Assembly: GCA_964291295.2 (NCBI GenBank) | Contig: OZ219754.1 | Location: 1,184,001 to 1,248,000, forward strand | Origin: an uncultured Candidatus Binatia bacterium | Lineage (GTDB): Bacteria > Desulfobacterota > Binatia > UBA9968 > JAJDTQ01 | Direction: 5' to 3' | DNA: 64,000 nucleotides | Position numbers and translations under genes: made by a program | Shown: positions 23,814 to 33,500 of the stretch, piece by piece | Numbering within the stretch: the first letter of the stretch is position 1 | Layout of the letters: each line of letters starts with the position of its first letter | Notes under the pieces: generated by a model | The model's database searches: none | Told to the model about the DNA's origin: nothing | The model's input: the letters and a program-made list of their open reading frames with translations, nothing else

Positions 23814-23936
23814 AGGGCGGCGCTCTTCTGGAACCTCCGTCCTGTCGAGGAGCATCATCGGGATGGCCCTGTCTGAAATCGTCAGCGGCCCATCGCTGCA
23901 ACAAATCAACAAACTGTTCCTGTGCGGGAGCCCACC

Positions 23937-25038
23937 ATGCTTGACGAAGTACGCGAACGACTGATGCAGCTCGAAGACAGGCTCGGCCAGCTCGGGAGGC
24001 GTCTTTGACGTCGAGGGCAAGCGGAAGCGCATCGATGAGCTGGCAGCCCTGACCGCCAGCCCCGATTTCTGGAACGACGGCGACAAGGCCCAGGAGGTTC
24101 TGAAGGAGCAGGCCGTGCTCCGGGAGGCCGTGGATGGCTACGCCAAGTGCCTTTCCAGCCTTGAGGAGGCGAGGTTCTTCCTGGAACTGGCCGGGGAAGA
24201 GAACGACCCCGAGGCCCTGGAAGAGACGGAGACCCGCCTCGGGGAAGTCTCGGACAGTCTGGCGGACATGGAACTCCGGCGGCTCCTGGGTGGCGTCGAC
24301 GATCGCCGGGACGCCATTGTCACGCTTCATCCGGGCGCCGGCGGCACCGAGTCCCAGGACTGGGCCGGGATGCTGCTGCGCATGTACCTGCGCTGGAGCG
24401 ACCGGCGCGGCTACAAGACCGAGATCATGGAGTCTCAGCCGGGGGAGGAGGCGGGGTTCAAGCGGGTCACCTTCACCGTCGCCGGCGACTACGCCTACGG
24501 CCACCTGAAATGCGAGGCCGGCATTCACCGGCTGGTGCGCATCTCGCCCTTCGATGCCAACTCCAGGCGTCACACCTCTTTCGCGTCGGTCTTCGTCTAT
24601 CCCGAGGTCGATGACAACATCGACGTGGAGCTCCGCGAGGCGGACCTGCGCATCGACACCTACCGCTCCAGCGGCGCCGGCGGCCAGCACGTCAACAAGA
24701 CCGACTCCGCCGTGCGCCTCACCCATCTCCCCACTGGTATCGTGGTGGCTTGCCAGAACGAGCGCTCACAGCACAAGAACAAGGCCACGGCCATGCGCAT
24801 CCTGCGGTCACGGCTCTACGATCTCGAGCTGGAGAAGCAGCGGGAGATGATGGACAGCTACGCCAAGGCCAAGAAGGACATCGCCTGGGGCAGCCAGATC
24901 CGCTCCTACGTCCTGCACCCCTACCGCCTGGTCAAGGACCACCGCACCAACGTCGAGATCGGCAACGCCGACGCCGTCCTCGACGGCGACATCGACCGCT
25001 TCATCCAGAGCTGCCTGATGGAGGGGGAAGGGGGGTAG
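23937..25038 (+). CDS. prfB: Peptide chain release factor 2 with programmed +1 frameshift
   Basis: 23-codon first frame ends GGG AGG CGT CTT TGA C (internal SD 23994-23999, CTT TGA at 24003-24008); +1 frame carries SPF and GGQ motifs. Confidence 0.97.
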
Positions 25039-25059
25039 CGTCGGGCAGCAGACAATCTG

Positions 25060-25400
25060 TTGGTTGGCAAGGTCGCGGAACGTCTCGGCCAGAAGCACCG
25101 GATGGCGGAGCACCGCCCGTCAGTCGCCTGTCCGCCGTGGGGTCATGCGGGCCCCGAAAGGGGAGGCAAGGTTGGGAAACACACCGGGCATGGAGAGCAG
25201 CAGGAGGCGCGTGTGGTTGGCGATCCGACCTGGGCGCTGGAACGGCTGCTTCGACCGCCGTGGGGTCCAAGGGTCCTGCGGTCGGCACTTGAGGGCGCCG
25301 TTCTGCCACGCGGCAGGCCCGGCATCGACCTTGGAAGGGCGCCGCAAGGCGAAGGCTGCGGCCTGCCAGACGGGGAAAGGCCTGACAAGGATGGGTGTCC
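25060..25400 (-). pseudogene. Degenerate DUF4338 (DruA-like, transposon-associated) fragment
   Basis: WQNGALKCRPQD...RIANHTRLLLL...FPNLAS...*RAVLRHPVLLAETFRD follows the IANNTRFLIL / PNLAS / HPxLLAETFVD pattern; internal stop. Confidence 0.55.
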
Positions 25401-25575
25401 ATCCGCACGTGTTCCGTTCTGGAGGCTTCTCCGGCTTCACGAGAGGCACCTCCATCTCCGACAGCGCATACCTTCCCGGAGCCTCACAGTGGATGGCGCT
25501 CGACCGCTTGCGGATGCGTTCCAACATTCCTCCTCACTATTTGCTACAGGGCAAGACCTTGACCAAGACCTTGGC

Positions 25576-25604
25576 TTGACGGGGGGGGGGGGGGGGGGTA
25601 TGGT
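25576..25604 (+). promoter_or_regulatory. Sigma70-like promoter whose spacer is a poly-G tract
   Basis: TTGACG (25576-25581) + 17 G (25582-25598) + TATGGT (25599-25604), upstream of the RTX gene; two CAAG-AC-CTTG palindromes at 25552-25573. Confidence 0.75.
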
Positions 25605-25634
25605 ACCACCAATGACAGCGTGGCGGGATGTGTA

Positions 25635-25668
25635 TGGATAGGTTGGCATGCTGGATAGGTTGGCATGC
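25635..25668. repeat. 17-bp tandem duplication in the putative RTX 5' UTR
   Basis: TGGATAGGTTGGCATGC x2. Confidence 0.9.
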
Positions 25669-25685
25669 GGAAAGGAGTGTTCGGG

Positions 25686-27496
25686 ATGAGTATTGAGCGA
25701 ACCGGCGGCGATGGCAATGATGAACTGCGGGGCGGTATTGGCGACGATACGCTGGACGGCGGCAATGGTGACGATACGCTGGACGGCGGCAATGGCGACG
25801 ACGTTCTCTACGGGGGTGACGGCAGGGACAGGCTGTCGGGGGGGGGGAGGGAGTCGACTGGCTGTATGGCGGCGGCGATGATGACACGCTGATAGAGGGC
25901 GGGGCGGGCAACGATTGGCTTTGGGGCGAAGAGGGCGATGACGTGCTGGAAGGGGGGGCGGACAAGGACACGCTGTACGGCGGTTCGGGCGACGACACGC
26001 TGCGGGGGGGCACGGGGGTGGACACGCTGTATGGCGGTTTGGGGGCGGACACCTTCGCATTCGCGGTGGGGGACGGCGCGAACACGATCGTGGATTTCGA
26101 GGTGGGGGACACGATCGAGATTGCCGGGGTATCGGGTGGTTTCCCTGCGCTGGTGATCGAGCAGGATGGCGCCAATGCGGTCATCCGCTACGGCGAGGGT
26201 GACACGATCACGCTGGAGGGCGTGACGGCGGACTCTCTCGGCGCGGAGGACTTCCACTTCCTTCCGGTGGAGACGGTCGCACAGGCGGGAGTCGAGGAGG
26301 ACACGGCTACGCAGGGTGCGCCTGCGGGCGGCGACATTCTGAAGGGCGGCAGGGGCGACGACACGCTGACGGGCGGTGCCGGCGACGACGTTCTGAGAGG
26401 CCGCAGAGGCGCGGACACGCTGGAGGGTGGTGCCGGCGACGACACGCTGAGGGGCGGCAGGGGCGCGGACACGCTGACGGGCGGTGCGGGCGACGACACG
26501 CTGACGGGCGGTCGTGGCGCGGACACCTTCGTGTTCGCGGCAGGGGACGGCGCTGACACGATCACCGATTTCGAGGCAGGGGACAGGATTCGTCTTGACG
26601 GCGTGGTGGGCGGGTTCACGGCGCTCCGTATCGATCAGGAAGGCGCCGATACGGTCATCCGTTACGGCGACGGCGCCGATACGATCACCCTGTCGGGGGT
26701 GACGGCGGCCTCCTTGGGCGAGGAGGATTTCAACCTGCCTGCCGGCGCCGGCAGCGATGACAGCAAGAAGGTCGCATACGGTGTCAGTGCCGGGGACCCG
26801 CCCGGCGTGAGCGGGCAGTCCGGCAACACCGGCGAGACCACGAGCACGCCAACCGGCGACGACCTCACCCTGAAGGGCGGCCGAGGTGACGACACCCTGA
26901 AGGGCGGCGACGGTGACGATACCCTGGATGGCGGCCGGGGCGACGACACCCTGGAGGGCGGCGACGGTGACGATACCCTGGATGGCGGCTGGGGCGACGA
27001 CACCCTGAATGGCGGTGACGGTGACGATACCCTGGATGGCGGCCGGGGCGACGATACCCTGAATGGCGGCGACGGTGACGATAGCCTGTCTAGCAGCCAC
27101 GGCGACAACACCATGGTGGGCGGCAAGGGCAACGACACCATGACAAGTGGCTGGGTGGCCGATACCTTCGTGTTCCACGAGGGTGATGGGCAGGACACGA
27201 TCAAGTCGTTCGGCTTCGGGTTTGGTGGAAGCGACGAGTACCTTCCCACTTACGAAGATTTTGAAGCGGCCGAGAAGAAGGCCTTGGCCAATGGGTGGAC
27301 GGATGTCATCCAGCTTCACCTCTACGCTACGGCCGACCAGATCTCGGACCAAGCCGCTTTCGAGTCGCTGGATATCCGCCAGGACGGGGACCATACGGTC
27401 ATCGGCTACGGCGGTTCGGGAGATACCATCACACTGCTCGATACCGACATGGCCTCTCTGAGCATGGACGACTTCGAATTCATTTTCATGGCCTAG
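25686..27496 (+). CDS. RTX calcium-binding repeat protein, frameshifted at a G10 tract (25838-25847)
   Basis: AAGGAG RBS + ATG 25686; GGxGxD repeats continue in another frame after the G run ([10 protein letters not shown]...) into ORF 25943..27496. Confidence 0.85.
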
Positions 27497-27661
27497 GAGC
27501 CTGTGCCGCAGGACGCTTCGGGATGTCACCGGTGGGAGAGCATGGCCGGATTTTCGTCCAAAATGCCAGAAACGTGTAGCCTTGTCCCATTATTGGACAT
27601 GAGTTGGGTGCCAAATGGGACTCCGATGGATCTCTGCTTCACCAGAATTTCCTGTGGCGCA
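27497..27661. mobile_element. MITE copy 2 (inverted relative to copy 1)
   Basis: Begins GAGCCTGTGCCGCAGGA after CTAG, ends TTTCCTGTGGCGCA; internal CCCATTATTGGACATGAGTTGGG matches the reverse complement of CCCAATTCGTGTCGAATAATGGG in copy 1. Confidence 0.7.
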
Positions 27662-27856
27662 GAATCCGAGGACGGCCTTCGGGGCACCCGGGGGACGCAG
27701 GGCCCGGACGAAGAAGGTCTTCGTTCCGTTTCTGGCGACGGTGAAGCCGAAGGCGGGCAAACCCCTGTCGATTACGGTCAGGCCCTATCGTCCGGGCTTC
27801 TTCTCCCTGAAGGTGCGGCGGACCGTCCGTTCGTTGATGGCGGCGTGGATGCGCAT
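27662..27856 (-). pseudogene. Tyrosine integrase N-terminal arm-DNA-binding domain remnant
   Basis: MRIHAAINERTV...*GLTVIDRGLPAFGFTVARNGTKTFFVRA...KAVLG; in-frame TAG at 27785-27787; truncated at the MITE. Confidence 0.6.
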
Positions 27857-28307
27857 GGCGTGTTCTCCGTTGTCTGTTCCCTCGGGCGCCGTCCGTCCCG
27901 AAGGAACAGACAACGGCGGTTCTGAACGGACACCGCGCCTCGCGCGCGGGACCGCGGCCACAGGCCGGGTCTGGCCCAACCATCTGTCACGCAACGGACA
28001 ACTCCTGACCGATGCAGGCCGGCGTGGCCTCGCTCGCTGCGCCCCGGGTGCTACCTCCGACGCGCCGAAAGGCGTTCCAATCGCGCGTCCTGACCGCTCT
28101 ACCCGTCGGGCGATGTGCCACCGGCTTCCCCGGGAGAGAACAGGGCCAGCTCGCGGGCCTCACGTGTGTTTCTTGATAGCACCGGGTGACTGGAGTACGC
28201 TCGCGGTATCCGCCGGCGGGCGGAAAGCGCTGTGGTATCGGAAAGCCCACGGCCGGGACGCAAGCGCCGGCAAGGTAAGGCAGGTCAACGCGTGTTTCGG
28301 GTGGGCA

Positions 28308-28817
28308 TCAATCTGGAATCCGCGATACCGGAAAGTCCTTCAGATGCCGGTTCCAGGTTTTGATGTTGAATATCATGCAGTCCGCAACGATTTGTCGTAC
28401 CCATGCCCCGCTGGCCGGCCCCCGCAAAGGAAGCTTGCGCTTGAGGTCTTCCGTTTGTACCAGGAGATCCGCTTCCGTCAGGTTGTCCATGGCGAGGAGA
28501 ATCCAATAGTAGACCGGCTTGCCGGTGTTGCCGGACGCCCATTCATAAAGGAAGGAATCTCGGTACTTGTACTTCAAGTCTTCGTTCAACCGTCCCGAAC
28601 AAAAGCTGTCGGCAAACTTCTCCCTTTGTACCGGTTTCGCGTCAGGGTGATCCGGATCCTTGAACTCGATGAACAGCAGCCGGTCGTCGGTTTCGACGAT
28701 GAAATCAACCGCTTTCATGCAGTGGTTCAACAAATGGCGGTCCTTGTCGTCGAATTTCCTGAAGCTTGTGTTGACGGGAAATGCGATTTGGAGATTGCCT
28801 TCCGTCCGCTTGTTCAT
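28308..28817 (-). CDS. Hypothetical protein with PD-(D/E)XK-like motif
   Basis: KAVDFIVETDDRLLFIEFKDP; start overlaps the ATPase stop; lower GC. Confidence 0.7.
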   Translation of the reverse strand: MNKRTEGNLQIAFPVNTSFRKFDDKDRHLLNHCMKAVDFIVETDDRLLFIEFKDPDHPDAKPVQREKFADSFCSGRLNEDLKYKYRDSFLYEWASGNTGKPVYYWILLAMDNLTEADLLVQTEDLKRKLPLRGPASGAWVRQIVADCMIFNIKTWNRHLKDFPVSRIPD

Positions 28818-29836
28818 TAGCCCGGTCCGGCAAGACTGCGTTTGATCTCCCGGTCGTACAGATCGGTGAAAGCTTCGGCAATGGTGTTGGGGTGAATATC
28901 AAGATAGGCGCGTGCCGTATGGCACGCGATCTCGCCGCTGTCCGATTGACGATATAGCGAATGGAAAACGAGATGGTCCTGGCTGCTCCCTTGCAGGTCA
29001 AGTTCCTTGAGAATCGCGTAATCGTGGGTGGCGATGAATATCTGAACACCCCTGCGCTGCAGTTCAAGAAGAATTCCGATTACAGGCTCGAAAAGTTTGG
29101 GATTGAGGTTGGTTTCCGGTTCGTCCCAAAAGAGCACCGAACCACTGAGCAAGGTTCCATTCTGGATCAACAGCCAAAGCAGGCCGAGCTTGCGCATGCC
29201 TTCGGCGAGCAGGGAAAATTCCAGACGCCCTTCCTTGTTGCGGAGAAAAAACTCTTCGTTCTCGATGACAATTTTCCCGGCAACGATCTCCTGTAATCTG
29301 GTGAGCAGCTTTTTGCGCTCCCGGTCCGTCGGGCCGCGCAAGGCGGGTATGTAGGCGCGCGCAACGATATCGTCGTAGATTTCCTCAAAGCAAATCTCGC
29401 GTTGCGAGTAAAGAGAGCGAAACCCGGGCGCATTCGCAAGCATCTCCTTGACCGGGATATAGACGCACTCGACAGGATCGGCGTTCCAGCGCGATGCGCC
29501 TGATAAACGCGTTGCATTGGCCGATTTTGTATGATTGGAGAAGCGCGCTTCAATCTTTCTCTTGCCTCGCGACACACTGACGGTGCAGGTCGAACTCTCT
29601 CCGCGCCGCTTGACAAGTCGTCCGATGGAACGTCTTGACGGCATGAAGACACGGACAAGCTTTTCCGCGAAACTGCCGCCGGTCTTGCTCACATCGCAAG
29701 CGGAATAGGCGACCTTCATGAGATGGGTCTTGCCGGTTCCGTTGGCGCCCACGAGAACGTTGATGCCTTGGGACGGCCTGAATTCGAACTCCTCGAAGGC
29801 GGTGAACCGCTGGAACTTCAATCGGGTGATCGCCAT
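28817..29836 (-). CDS. ABC-type (AAA_15/AAA_21) ATPase
   Basis: GANGTGKT, LAEG, LFWDEPE, ATHD. Confidence 0.88.
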   Translation of the reverse strand: MAITRLKFQRFTAFEEFEFRPSQGINVLVGANGTGKTHLMKVAYSACDVSKTGGSFAEKLVRVFMPSRRSIGRLVKRRGESSTCTVSVSRGKRKIEARFSNHTKSANATRLSGASRWNADPVECVYIPVKEMLANAPGFRSLYSQREICFEEIYDDIVARAYIPALRGPTDRERKKLLTRLQEIVAGKIVIENEEFFLRNKEGRLEFSLLAEGMRKLGLLWLLIQNGTLLSGSVLFWDEPETNLNPKLFEPVIGILLELQRRGVQIFIATHDYAILKELDLQGSSQDHLVFHSLYRQSDSGEIACHTARAYLDIHPNTIAEAFTDLYDREIKRSLAGPG

Positions 29837-29917
29837 GCATCCGTTCCCGTGCGCGTCAGCGCCTGCGGGCGTGTCTTCGCAACCGCGTTACATGGCCAGC
29901 CGAGGCCGGCCCGGGTC

Positions 29918-30532
29918 TCAACGCAGCGGCGAGAAGGATGCCGGCACGACGATCTGATTCTCCTGGTGGAGCAGCATCTCGCGGGTGGTGGGCGGCCAGT
30001 TGGGCAGCTTCATGGCCTCGGCGCGCAGCCGGCTGCGCTCGCCCATGTCCTTGTAGGGCCAGATGTGCACCCACTGGTTGAGGGAGCCGTAGGTGCTGAA
30101 CCAGCCGGCCGCCAGGGGCGAGATCCTGACCCGATCCTTGATGCACTCCGACCAGCGCTCGATCAGCGCCGGGATGGAGCCCGGATGGACCGTGTAGGTG
30201 CGGATCTCGTAGATGCCGCCCATCTCGCGGGGTTCCAGCGGCGGCGAGAACGGCGCCGGCTGAAAGACCTGGCTCTCCTGGGTCACCATGTATTCCCGCA
30301 CCTTGGGGGGCCAGTGGCCGGTGGCGCGGGCCTCGGCGCCGATGCGGTCCTTCTCCTGGAAGCTGTCGTAGGGCCAGATGTGAATGACCTGGTTGAGCGG
30401 CCCCACCTCCGAACGAAAGAACGCTCCCAGCGGCGAGATCCTGGCGCGGTGCTCCAGCCCTTCCTCGAAAGCCTTCTCGAAGTCCGGTGTCTTGCCCGGC
30501 TTGAGCGTATAGGTTCTCATCTCGATGATCAT
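29918..30532 (-). CDS. Tandem NIPSNAP domain protein
   Basis: Two (I/Y)ExRTY...HIWPY...PxxFSP repeats. Confidence 0.92.
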   Translation of the reverse strand: MIIEMRTYTLKPGKTPDFEKAFEEGLEHRARISPLGAFFRSEVGPLNQVIHIWPYDSFQEKDRIGAEARATGHWPPKVREYMVTQESQVFQPAPFSPPLEPREMGGIYEIRTYTVHPGSIPALIERWSECIKDRVRISPLAAGWFSTYGSLNQWVHIWPYKDMGERSRLRAEAMKLPNWPPTTREMLLHQENQIVVPASFSPLR

Positions 30533-30589
30533 CGGTTTCCTCCTGAGATCCGACAGTAAAGCCTGCTCCCTTTCTTTCCGTTTTGGCGG

Positions 30590-33500
30590 TCAAATGCAAC
30601 CCGGATCCGCCCCGTTCGCCTCCAGGTACTCTCTCAGTGCCCGGGCGGTGCAGGATCGCTTGCCGTCTTGGGCCACCCTGGACGGCGGGCCGTGGGCCAC
30701 CACCCGGCCCCCCTTGTCGCCGCCTTCGGGACCCAGATCCACCAGATAGTCGGCATCCTTGATGATCTCGAGGTTGTGTTCGATGGTGATGACGGTGTTG
30801 CCGGTGTCCACCAGCCGGTGGAGGATGTCGATGAGCTTCTCGACGTCGGCGAAGTGGAGGCCGGTGGTGGGTTCGTCGAGGATGTAGAGGGTCTTGCCGC
30901 GGGACTCCTTGCCAAGTTCGCAGGCGAGCTTGATGCGCTGGGCCTCGCCGCCGGAGAGGGTGTTGCTGGCCTGTCCCAGGGTGATGTAGCCCATGCCGAT
31001 GTCTTCCAGGAGCTTGAGCGGCCGGTAAGCCTTGGGAAAGGCGCGGAAGAACACCGCCGCCTCCTCCACGGTCATCCGCAACACCTCGGAGATGTTCCTG
31101 CCGTTGAACCGGACCGACAGGGTCTCCTCGTTGAAGCGCCGGCCGCCGCATCCTTCGCAGTTCACGAACACGTCGGGAAGAAAGCTCATCTCCTTCCGTA
31201 TCCTGCCCTGGCCGGCGCATTCGCCGCAGCGCCCGCCGCCCACGTTGAAGGAGAATCGGCTCGGGGTGTAGCCGCGCATGCGCGCTTCCGGGTTCAGCGC
31301 GTAGATGCGCCGGATCTCGTCCAGGAAGCCGACGTAAGAGGCGGGCACCGAGCGCGGCGTCTTGCCGATGGGGGTCTGGTCCACCTCCACGGCGCGCTCG
31401 ATGGGTTCCCAGCCGGTCAGGCTCTGGTGCCGGCCCGGCGGTCCGGCGCTCTGGCCCAGCTTGGCCTTGAGCCCCTTGAACAACACCTCCTTCACCAGCG
31501 TGCTCTTGCCCGAGCCGGACACGCCGGTGACGCAGGTCCACATGCCCAGGGGCAGGCGGACTTTCAGATTCCTGAGGTTGTTCTCCCTGGCGCCGTCCAC
31601 CACCAGCCACGGGTGGCCCTTCAGCGGCCGCTCGGGCCAGAGGCGCCGGCGGGGGGCGCCCAGGAACGCTCCGGTGACCGAGTCGGGGTTGGCGCACACC
31701 TCGTCCGGCGTGCCCATGGCCACCACCCGGCCGCCCCGCGCCCCGGCTCCGGGCCCGAGGTCCACCAGGACATCCGCGGCCCGGATGGTGGCCTCGTCGT
31801 GTTCCACCACCAGCACCGAGTTGCCGGCCTCCACCAGCCGCCTCAGGGTGGCCAGCAGCCGGTGGTTGTCGCGGGTGTGCAGGCCGATGGTGGGCTCGTC
31901 CAGGATGTAGCAGACGCCCCGCAGGTTGGACCCCAACTGGGCCGCCAGCCGCACCCGCTGCGCCTCTCCGCCGGACAGGGTGTTGGCCCTCCGATCCAGC
32001 GTCAGGTAGCCCAGGCCCACCTCGTCCAGGAACCGCAGCTTGTGCTGGATCTCCTTCCGGGTCTTTTGCAGTACCAGCCGTTCCTTGTCGCCGCTCTCCC
32101 TGGCGAGCCGTTCCCCCAGCGAGGCGAAGCGGCCCAGCGCCTCCTTTACCGACAGCGCCGTGATCTGCCAGATGGCCTTGCCGGCGATGCGGACATTGCG
32201 CGCCCGCGGGTTGAGGCGGGCGCCCTGGCAGGCCCCGCAGGTGCGCTCGCTCATGAACGAGGCCAGATAGCCGGCCAGCGCGCCGTCGCCCTTGACCCGC
32301 AGCCCGGCGAGCAGCGCCAGCAGGCCGGGGACCGACGGCCGCTTGCGTCCGTGGAGCACGGCCTGCCGCTGGCTCGGCGACAGTGCGCCGAGGGGCGTGA
32401 CGCCCGAAACGCCGAGCTTTTGCTGCAACTCCGCCTGGCGCTGGCTCAACTGCCGCTTGAGTGCGGCACCCCCTTCGGGTGCCCCGGCGCACAGCCGGTT
32501 CACCACGTCGTTGAGGCTCCACCCGGGCTCGGCAACGATCCGATCGGCATCGAACTCCTGGGCGGAACCCGCGCCGCCGCACTCCGGGCAGGCGCCCTGG
32601 CGGCTGTTGAAGGAGAACAGCCTGGGGTCCAGGGGCTCGTAACCGACGCCGCAGGCGCGGCAGAAGAGGCGTTCGTTGTAGGTCTCCTCGGCGCCGTCCG
32701 AGAGCACATGGATGACCCCGTTGCCCAGGCGCAGGCCTTGGCTCAGCACCGTCTCCATGCGCACGCGCCCGGCCTGGACGGTGTCCACGACGATGTCGAT
32801 GTCGTGCTCGTGGAACCGCCCGAGCCCCTGCTGGAGCAGCCCGGCGTTCAGGACCGTGAGGGTTCCGTCAATGCGGGCGCGGACGTAACCCAGCCGCCGC
32901 GCCGCCGTCAGCACGTCCTTGTGGTAGCCTTTGCGCCCGCGCACCACCGGACTCAACACGGTGATTTCCCTGCCGCGGTATTTTCGCCCCACCCGGTCCA
33001 GGATGCGGCTGCGGGTGAGCGAGGTGATGGCGCCGCCGCACTGCGGGCAGTACTGCCGGCCGACCTTGGCGTAGAGCAGGCGCAGGTAGTGATAGAGTTC
33101 GGTGACGGTGGCGACCGTGGAGTTCCGTCCCCCCTGGCTCAGGCGCTGCTCGATGGCCACGGTGGGCGGAATGCCCGCCAGCATGTCCACATCCGGCCGG
33201 GCCATGATCTTCATGAACTGCCGCGCGTAGGCGGAGAGGCTGTCGATGTAGCGCCGCTGGCCGTCCGCGTAGATGATGTCGAAGGCCAGGGACGACTTCC
33301 CGGAGCCGCTCAGGCCGGTCACCACCACGAGGCGGTCCCGCGGAATGTCCACGTCGATGCCCTTGAGATTGTGCTCCCGGGCGCCGACCACCTGGATGGC
33401 GCCGCGCCCGTTGACGCGCCCCGCCGGGCGCGTCCCGGCCAGGGTCGGGGCAAACCGGTCCGACGCCGGCGCAAGGTGCGCCTTCAGGTAACGTCCGGTA

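Noticed and set aside
23990-24010. prfB as a pseudogene or novel recoding site
   Set aside because: Canonical autoregulatory CTT-TGA-C +1 frameshift with internal SD
27860-28300. Possible ncRNA or small gene between the integrase remnant and the nuclease-like gene
   Set aside because: No recognisable RNA family features or protein motifs by eye
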